Shown piece after piece: positions 7,628-11,656 of a stretch of 11,656 bases of DNA. Each line of letters opens with the position of its first letter. The stretch's first letter is position 1. The translations under genes and the position numbers were made by a program. The DNA lies in IMG/VR virus record IMGVR_UViG_2778261571_000003; one strand, written 5' to 3'. A model generated the notes under the pieces. The model saw only the letters and a program-made list of their open reading frames with translations. It did no database searches and was not told where the DNA came from. Origin of the DNA: a virus. Its lineage: Duplodnaviria; Heunggongvirae; Uroviricota; Caudoviricetes.

Positions 7628-7801
7628 TTAAACAAACGTTCGCCAGACCTTACCATCAATGACCAGGATTCCTGCCCGCGTCATTTTTGCCGCAGCCTTA
7701 TTTATGCTGGTTAATGTCACACCTGTTGTCGCAGCAACGTCCGGCGCACAGAAGCTCTTGTGCGTCTCCAGATAATGAATAATTGCCTCTTTGCCCGTCA
7801 T
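7628..7801 (-). CDS. ren: Ren-like protein, truncated (57 aa; lambda Ren is longer)
   Basis: Not in the ORF track. Hand translation from ATG 7801: MTGKEAIIHYLETHKSFCAPDVAATTGVTLTSINKAAAKMTRAGILVIDGKVWRTFV*, which matches the recalled N-terminal half of lambda Ren up to ..KVWRT and then stops (TAA 7630..7628). ATG overlaps the P stop (ATGA). Confidence 0.6.
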   Translation of the reverse strand: MTGKEAIIHYLETHKSFCAPDVAATTGVTLTSINKAAAKMTRAGILVIDGKVWRTFV

Positions 7802-8499
7802 ACAGTTGCTCCTTTCAGTCCGAACTTCGCTTTGATTTCTGCGATCTTCGCCAGAGCCTGAGCCCGGTTAAGTGGTCTACCGCCCATGACAGGAAGTTGT
7901 TTTACTGGTTCAGGTATAGCCTCACCACGGTTAATTCGTGCGGTCATACAGGACAGTTCATCGGCAGCCTTGCGCCGTAATTCCGCGTCAGTCAACGCAT
8001 TGGCCCGCATGTTCTGATACAGGTTGGTAACCAGCCAGTAGTGCGCGTTTGATTTCCACGGATAAGACTCTGCATCCGGATACAGCCCGCGCTTCCGGCA
8101 ATACTCGTAAACCATATCAACCAGCTCGCTGGCGTTTGGCAGCCCGGCGGTAACGGATGCTTCTTCCCGGCACCAGGCGACAAACTGCCCGGGTGATGGC
8201 AGGAATGGTCGATTCTGCCGACGGGCTACGCGCATTCCAGCGTTAACCTGTTCCATTGTGGTGATCCCGTTTTCCCGGAAAGCCAGAACCCACTGGCGGC
8301 GAATTTCGTTCAGTTCGTTCTGGTCACGGTTAGCCAGGCTCGCAGGGAAAGTTGCCAGCAACTGGCTGAATACACCGTTGATGATCTGCGCTACCTGCTG
8401 TACCTGCGGCTTTTCGTCGTACTGTTCCGGCATGTTGTTGGCGATCCGGCGCATCTGCTCACGGTCAAAGTTAATCATCTGTGCGGCGATGTTTTTCAT
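7798..8499 (-). CDS. P: Replication protein P (lambda P-type DnaB helicase loader)
   Basis: From ATG 8499: MKNIAAQMINFDREQMRRIANNMPEQYDEKPQVQQVAQIINGVFSQLLATFPASLANRDQNE...GLKGATV (233 aa), almost residue-for-residue lambda P as recalled. ATG overlaps the O stop (ATGA at 8499..8496). The track ORF start at 8604 is an upstream in-frame extension inside O. Confidence 0.95.
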   Translation of the reverse strand: MKNIAAQMINFDREQMRRIANNMPEQYDEKPQVQQVAQIINGVFSQLLATFPASLANRDQNELNEIRRQWVLAFRENGITTMEQVNAGMRVARRQNRPFLPSPGQFVAWCREEASVTAGLPNASELVDMVYEYCRKRGLYPDAESYPWKSNAHYWLVTNLYQNMRANALTDAELRRKAADELSCMTARINRGEAIPEPVKQLPVMGGRPLNRAQALAKIAEIKAKFGLKGATV

Positions 8500-9425
8500 A
8501 GATCCACCCCGTAAATCCAGTCTGTGTTTGTCAGGTCGAGTTTTGGTTTGCCGGCTGTCACGCCAGCCTGTTGCTTGTTTCGGTTGATTTCGAGCTGGGT
8601 CCACTTGTCGCGGAGTTTGGCCGGACTCAGCACGTTACCGGACCAGAAGTTGTCCTGGCATGCCCAGCGGAACAGTACACACATGTCGCGGTGGTTACGT
8701 CCGTCACGTTCACGCATCAGGCGGATATCGTTAGCCCACCCTGCAAAATTCGGTTTTCTGGCTGATGGCGCGATGGTCTTCACCATGTCAAACATCCACT
8801 CTGCGGCGGTCAGGTCTTCTGCTGTCCCCCACTTGCTGCCGCTCTGAATTGCAGCATCCGGTTTCACCACAGGAAGGGCATTTTCTGGCTGGTCAGAGGA
8901 TTCGCCATAATTCTCGGACGAAAAAGGTTTTATATTGTCTTTTGTTAGTTTGTCTTTTGTGTTTACCTGATTCGGGTAAATGCCTTTACCTGATTTGGGT
9001 AAGCTTTTCTTACCTGATTCAGGTAAATTTACCTCTTTCAGGTAAACTTTATTTTTCTTACCCGATTCGGGTAATGTTGACCATTCACTGACCACATTAT
9101 TGATGCCGATATTCCGCCCGCTCTGAATAAGAATTCCACGCTTTACCAGAACACTTTTTGCAGCAGAACACTTGTGCGGCAATATCCCGGTCAATTCGGA
9201 AAGTTGCTCGTTGCTCACCCAATCCAGTCTTTTATTAAAGCCATATGTTTTGCGCATGACAGCCAGGAAGACCAGAAGCTGGTGCTGTGTTAATCCGGCC
9301 AGCATCACAGCTTCCAGCAACTCATTTGCAATGCGCGTATAACCATCGTCGAGATCTGCCACGCGCCGCTCCTTTTGTGCCACATCCGGCACTGGAAAAT
9401 TGAATATCTCAGCAGTGTTTGCCAT
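8496..9425 (-). CDS. O: Replication initiator O (lambda O family) with embedded origin
   Basis: From ATG 9425 (RBS GGGAGGA 4 nt upstream): MANTAEIFNFPVPDVAQKERRVADLDDGYTRIANELLEA..., ending ..LDLTNTDWIYGVDL like lambda O. The central linker (..LPESGKKNKVYLKEVNLPESGKKSLPKSGKG..) is encoded by the iteron repeats. The track start at 9515 is an upstream extension. Confidence 0.9.
   Translation of the reverse strand: MANTAEIFNFPVPDVAQKERRVADLDDGYTRIANELLEAVMLAGLTQHQLLVFLAVMRKTYGFNKRLDWVSNEQLSELTGILPHKCSAAKSVLVKRGILIQSGRNIGINNVVSEWSTLPESGKKNKVYLKEVNLPESGKKSLPKSGKGIYPNQVNTKDKLTKDNIKPFSSENYGESSDQPENALPVVKPDAAIQSGSKWGTAEDLTAAEWMFDMVKTIAPSARKPNFAGWANDIRLMRERDGRNHRDMCVLFRWACQDNFWSGNVLSPAKLRDKWTQLEINRNKQQAGVTAGKPKLDLTNTDWIYGVDL
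8921..8962. other. AT-rich segment flanking the iterons (candidate DNA-unwinding element of the origin)
   Basis: AAAAAGGTTTTATATTGTCTTTTGTTAGTTTGTCTTTTGTGT lies immediately on the O-downstream side of the iterons and contains a tandem direct repeat TTGTCTTTTGT (8935-8945 and 8950-8960). Iterons followed by an AT-rich stretch is the ori-lambda architecture. Confidence 0.5.
8963..9074. repeat. Origin iterons: five 17-bp dyad-symmetric repeats inside O
   Basis: TTACCTGATTCGGGTAA (8963-8979), TTACCTGATTTGGGTAA (8986-9002), TTACCTGATTCAGGTAA (9010-9026), TTACCTCTTTCAGGTAA (9029-9045), TTACCCGATTCGGGTAA (9058-9074). Each is a near-palindrome TTACC..GGTAA, spaced 19-29 bp apart, in the middle of O as in ori-lambda. 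Confidence 0.8.
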
Positions 9426-9511
9426 AATTCCTCCCGCAATGAGTGCGTTACGATTTGCACCTGAAAGTCGGCTCTGTTCCCGCAGACCGGCTTTCGCCAT
9501 TTCCGAACCTG

Positions 9512-10051
9512 TCATATTGCCCCCAGCATGGTGGTGACCATCGCCATCAGTGGACCAGCCAAATCCGGGTCCACACGAAACATCGACACAATGCCTTCAC
9601 TCATCTCCTTCAGTTTCTGGTGGCGTGGTGCGTTGAGAATGACAGCCTGTTTTGCCTCACTGAGTTCCTTTTCCATTTCAGCCAGCCGAGCCATGAAGCT
9701 ATCCTGCTCAACCAGGTGGCCGCGATATTCCAGCGGTAGTACCGCCAGAATTGCCGGGGTCAATTCACGCACGTTATTTCGGTATTTTTCAGAATCGAAT
9801 TTGTTATCGAGGAAGCGGAACAGCTTCTGGCGTGCACGGCTGACATCATCAGGGAAATCGATGGTGCCGCCGCCCTGCTCCCGATACTCATTCACAATGA
9901 GTGCGGCAACGACATCCTGATTATCTACAGCCGACCAGGCGCGGACGGCATCACGGATTTTTTCGTGGCCTGGAGCTTGTTTTGTTTGAGAACGATTTAT
10001 CACCGCAGTCGGGCTAAATCCGCTAGTCTGTTGGTATGTAAGTGGTTGCAT
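9512..10051 (-). CDS. YdaT-family protein (CII-position regulator; annotated 'toxin YdaT' in Rac-like prophages)
   Basis: 179-aa ORF in the cII position between the Cro-like gene and O. Motifs IVNEYREQGGG and ELTPAILAVLPLEYRGHL resemble those I recall from Rac YdaT. RBS AAGGAG 7 nt before ATG 10051. Confidence 0.65.
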   Translation of the reverse strand: MQPLTYQQTSGFSPTAVINRSQTKQAPGHEKIRDAVRAWSAVDNQDVVAALIVNEYREQGGGTIDFPDDVSRARQKLFRFLDNKFDSEKYRNNVRELTPAILAVLPLEYRGHLVEQDSFMARLAEMEKELSEAKQAVILNAPRHQKLKEMSEGIVSMFRVDPDLAGPLMAMVTTMLGAI

Positions 10052-10096
10052 AATTGACTCCTTTAGTTTGAATTGACTGTTAAGTTGATTGCTTAT

Positions 10097-10109
10097 TGTT
10101 AAAGAGCGT
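10097..10109 (-). promoter_or_regulatory. boxA-like element (candidate nutR) between the Cro-like gene and the YdaT-like gene
   Basis: Minus-strand sequence CGCTCTTTAACAA matches the boxA consensus recalled from lambda nut sites and rrn antiterminators (CGCTCTTA / TGCTCTTTAACAA). It sits just downstream of the Cro-like stop, where lambda has nutR. No clear boxB hairpin was found by eye. Confidence 0.45.
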
Positions 10110-10120
10110 GAAATGGAAAT

Positions 10121-10351
10121 TTAAGCTGCGTTCTTTTCAGTGTGTGGAAACAACTTCGGAAGATCCGGGCGAATCTGGTATGCCTTCACTACTCCACCAG
10201 TAGCCGTAACAATGCTGCCGACATGTTCAGGGGATACCTTTGCTTTGTTGTGAAGCCACTTATAGACGGCCTGCTGTGAAACTTCGCAGGCAGCGCCTAG
10301 TTTCTTTTGTGAACCAACGATATTGATCGCTGTTTTGATGGCTGGGTTCAT
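10121..10351 (-). CDS. Cro-like HTH regulator (YdaS family)
   Basis: 76-aa ORF divergent from the repressor gene. HTH-like segment (..GSQKKLGAACEVSQQAVYKWLHNK..) and overall similarity to Rac YdaS as recalled. RBS GGAGG before ATG 10351; stop TAA 10123..10121. Confidence 0.75.
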   Translation of the reverse strand: MNPAIKTAINIVGSQKKLGAACEVSQQAVYKWLHNKAKVSPEHVGSIVTATGGVVKAYQIRPDLPKLFPHTEKNAA

Positions 10352-10455
10352 AACAACCTCCGTGGTTAATTTGAATCAAGATTAAAACTATGGTTGTTTT
10401 TAGTCAACAACCATTTTCGTTTGATGAAATAAAACCTTGGTTGTACATTTGGACT
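10352..10455. promoter_or_regulatory. Divergent operator/promoter region between the Cro-like and cI genes
   Basis: Perfect 9-bp inverted repeat ATGGTTGTT-7bp-AACAACCAT at 10390-10414. Half-site GGTTGT/ACAACC recurs at 10353-10358, 10392-10397, 10407-10412 and 10439-10444. Candidate rightward promoter on the minus strand: -35 TTGACT (10402-10407) overlapping the palindrome, 17-bp spacer, -10 TAATCT (10379-10384). Candidate cI promoter: TTGATG (10421-10426), 17-bp spacer, TACATT (10444-10449), ending 6 nt before the cI ATG with no SD, suggesting a leaderless mRNA. Confidence 0.5.
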
Positions 10456-11145
10456 ATGAAAACAACACTCTCAGAAAGACTTAAAGAAGCCAGATTAGCG
10501 CGAGGCCTTACACAAAAGGCGCTTGGGGATTTGGTCGGGGTTAGCCAAGCAGCTATTCAGAAAATCGAAACAGGGAAAGCTAACCAAACAACTAAAATCG
10601 TGGAGATCGCGAACGCTTTGGGTGTGCGCGCAGAATGGTTATCTTCTGGCGTTGGAAATATGTCAGACAGTACAGTGCAACCAATACAAACAACTGTCAG
10701 CCATTCCAAATACTTTAAGATTGACGTTCTTGATATCGAAGTGAGTGCCGGGCCGGGAGTCATCAACCGTGAGTTTGTAGAAGTTCTACGTTCGGTTGAG
10801 TATTCGTTTGACGATGCTCGTCACATGTTCGATGGCAGGAAGGCGGAAAATATCCGTATCATTAACGTACGCGGTGACAGCATGTCAGGAACGATCGAAC
10901 CAGGTGATCTGCTGTTCGTTGATATCACTGTTAAATCTTTCGACGGTGATGGTATCTATGCGTTTCTGTACGACGACACAGCCCATGTAAAGCGCCTGCA
11001 AATGATGAAGGATAAACTGCTGGTTATCTCTGATAACAAGAGCTACTCACCGTGGGACCCAATCGAGAAAGACGAGATGAACCGGGTATTCATCTTCGGG
11101 AAAGTCATCGGGAGCATGCCGCAGACGTATAGGAAGCATGGATAA
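10456..11145 (+). CDS. cI: CI-type prophage repressor (XRE-family HTH + LexA-like S24 peptidase domain)
   Basis: From ATG 10456: MKTTLSERLKEARLARGLTQKALGDLVGVSQAAIQKIETGK.. (HTH), with a C-terminal autocleavage domain carrying the Ser/Lys dyad context (..VRGDSMSGTIEPGDLLFVD.. and ..AHVKRLQ..). Divergent from the Cro-like gene. The track start at 10390 is an extension that would begin inside the operator palindrome. Confidence 0.9.
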   Translation: MKTTLSERLKEARLARGLTQKALGDLVGVSQAAIQKIETGKANQTTKIVEIANALGVRAEWLSSGVGNMSDSTVQPIQTTVSHSKYFKIDVLDIEVSAGPGVINREFVEVLRSVEYSFDDARHMFDGRKAENIRIINVRGDSMSGTIEPGDLLFVDITVKSFDGDGIYAFLYDDTAHVKRLQMMKDKLLVISDNKSYSPWDPIEKDEMNRVFIFGKVIGSMPQTYRKHG

Positions 11146-11240
11146 TTCGACATAAATTCAACAAGTTAACTTTGGCTTCAAAAAAGCATCGATAACATTG
11201 CATTATATTTTTCCTTTTGTCTAACTTAAAAGGATGAACA

Positions 11241-11494
11241 ATGGAAGAACGTGGGAATTACCTAATAGCCCCCCTAGAAGTAATTGGTTCTGGCGGTTTT
11301 GGCCTTGTAGAAAAAATAAGGTTATATAACTCACAAAGAAAAATTTGTGGTCTATATGCCAGAAAAATTTTACGACCTGATGCAACAGATCCTGAACTCT
11401 TTACCAGATTTGAACGAGAAGTAAGATATCAAACTGAATGCCTGCATACTAATATTGTCCAAATATTCATATGCCACTTACAGAATGCTCAGCC
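11241..11494 (+). pseudogene. Hanks-type protein kinase gene, N-terminal ~84 codons only, interrupted by IS10
   Basis: MEERGNYLIAPLEVIGSGGFGLVEKIRLYNSQRKICGLYARKILRPDATDPELFTRFEREVRYQ... shows the glycine-rich loop G-S-G-G-F-G-L-V, a beta3 lysine (YARK) and an alphaC glutamate (FEREV). The ORF ends at a stop supplied by the first bases of IS10 (cTGAtg at 11496-11498). RBS AAAAGGA before ATG 11241. Confidence 0.7.
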
Positions 11495-11656
11495 CTGATG
11501 AATCCCCTAATGATTTTGGTAAAAATCATTAAGTTAAGGTGGATACACATCTTGTCATATGATCAAATGGTTTCGCGAAAAATCAATAATCAGACAACAA
11601 GATGTGCGAACTCGATATTTTACACGACTCTCTTTACCAATTCTGCCCCGAATTAC
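11495..11656 (+). mobile_element. IS10 (Tn10-type IS4-family element), outside end; continues beyond window end
   Basis: From 11495 the sequence CTGATGAATCCCCTAATGATTTTGGTAAAAATCATTAAGTTAAGGTGGATACACATCTTGTCATATGATCAAATGG... matches the IS10 outside end as I recall it, including the terminal repeat, the IHF-site region and the Dam GATC (11561-11564) in the transposase promoter region. The 9 bp just outside (TGCTCAGCC, 11486-11494) fit the IS10 target consensus NGCTNAGCN. Confidence 0.85.
11602..11656 (+). CDS. IS10 transposase, first 18 codons (continues beyond window)
   Basis: ATG at 11602 followed by MCELDILHDSLYQFCPEL, the recalled N-terminus of IS10/Tn10 transposase. Confidence 0.8.
   Translation, partial: MCELDILHDSLYQFCPEL

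Noticed and set aside
511-7980. Other shadow ORFs from the track (511..696, 4798..4995, 5135..5380, 5139..5447, 5708..6064, 5725..5934, 7273..7536, 7783..7980)
   Set aside because: Each overlaps a well-supported gene (endolysin, rusA, ybcO/ninE, ybcN, the secreted-protein gene, P/ren) on the opposite strand or in another frame; no RBS or family signal.
8500-8604. Upstream extension of the P ORF (MDPARNQPKQ...)
   Set aside because: It lies entirely inside the O coding region in another frame; P begins at MKNIAAQ (ATG 8499) with the ATGA overlap to the O stop, as in lambda.
8963-9074. Short regularly spaced repeats that could be mistaken for a CRISPR array
   Set aside because: Only 17 bp, internally palindromic, irregular 2-12 bp spacers, inside an ORF and encoding a repetitive protein linker: replication iterons, not CRISPR.
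9426-9515. Upstream extension of the O ORF (MTGSEMAKAGLREQ...)
   Set aside because: Strong RBS GGGAGGA sits 4 nt before ATG 9425, and the lambda-O-like N-terminus starts there; the extension would overlap the YdaT-like gene 3' end.
7992-9920. Antisense and alternative-frame ORFs inside O, P and the YdaT-like gene (7992..8183, 8258..8587, 8524..8847, 8571..8765, 8765..9091, 9443..9739, 9528..9920)
   Set aside because: All lie within confidently assigned genes on the opposite strand or another frame, with Ser/Arg/Cys-rich translations typical of shadow ORFs.
10390-10455. Upstream in-frame extension of the repressor ORF (track start at ATG 10390, MVVFSQQPFSF...)
   Set aside because: That ATG lies inside the operator palindrome and the extension has no HTH-related content; MKTTLSERLKEA at 10456 is the typical XRE/CI N-terminus.
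10523-10990. ORFs inside the repressor gene (10523..10744, 10557..10766, 10796..10990)
   Set aside because: Alternative-frame or antisense ORFs within cI; no independent support.

Overview
This window is a mosaic lambdoid prophage segment (lambda / phage-21 / DLP12-like modules). Gene calls rest on reading the supplied translations, recalled family signatures and hand-checked start/stop junctions; no database search was possible. Almost everything is on the minus strand in canonical lambdoid order, reading from high to low coordinates: Cro-like (YdaS-type) -> boxA-like site -> YdaT/CII-like -> O initiator with an iteron origin inside it -> P -> truncated ren -> inserted cargo (secreted protein, terminator, ~580 bp ORF-free stretch, small ORF) -> ybcN-ninE-ybcO-rusA-ylcG -> Q antiterminator -> strong terminator -> second cargo block (blc-like lipocalin on the plus strand, DUF523/DUF1722 gene, AT-rich AraC-family regulator) -> phage-21-type lysis cassette (pinholin, SAR endolysin, Rz/Rz1 running off the window start). 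On the plus strand at the right end are a CI-type repressor and then a Hanks-type kinase gene cut after ~84 codons by the outside end of an IS10 element that runs off the window. I found no tRNA, rRNA or CRISPR array. The points most worth follow-up are the two cargo insertions (especially the ORF-free stretch at 6361-6940), the IS10-disrupted kinase beside cI, and the iteron origin.
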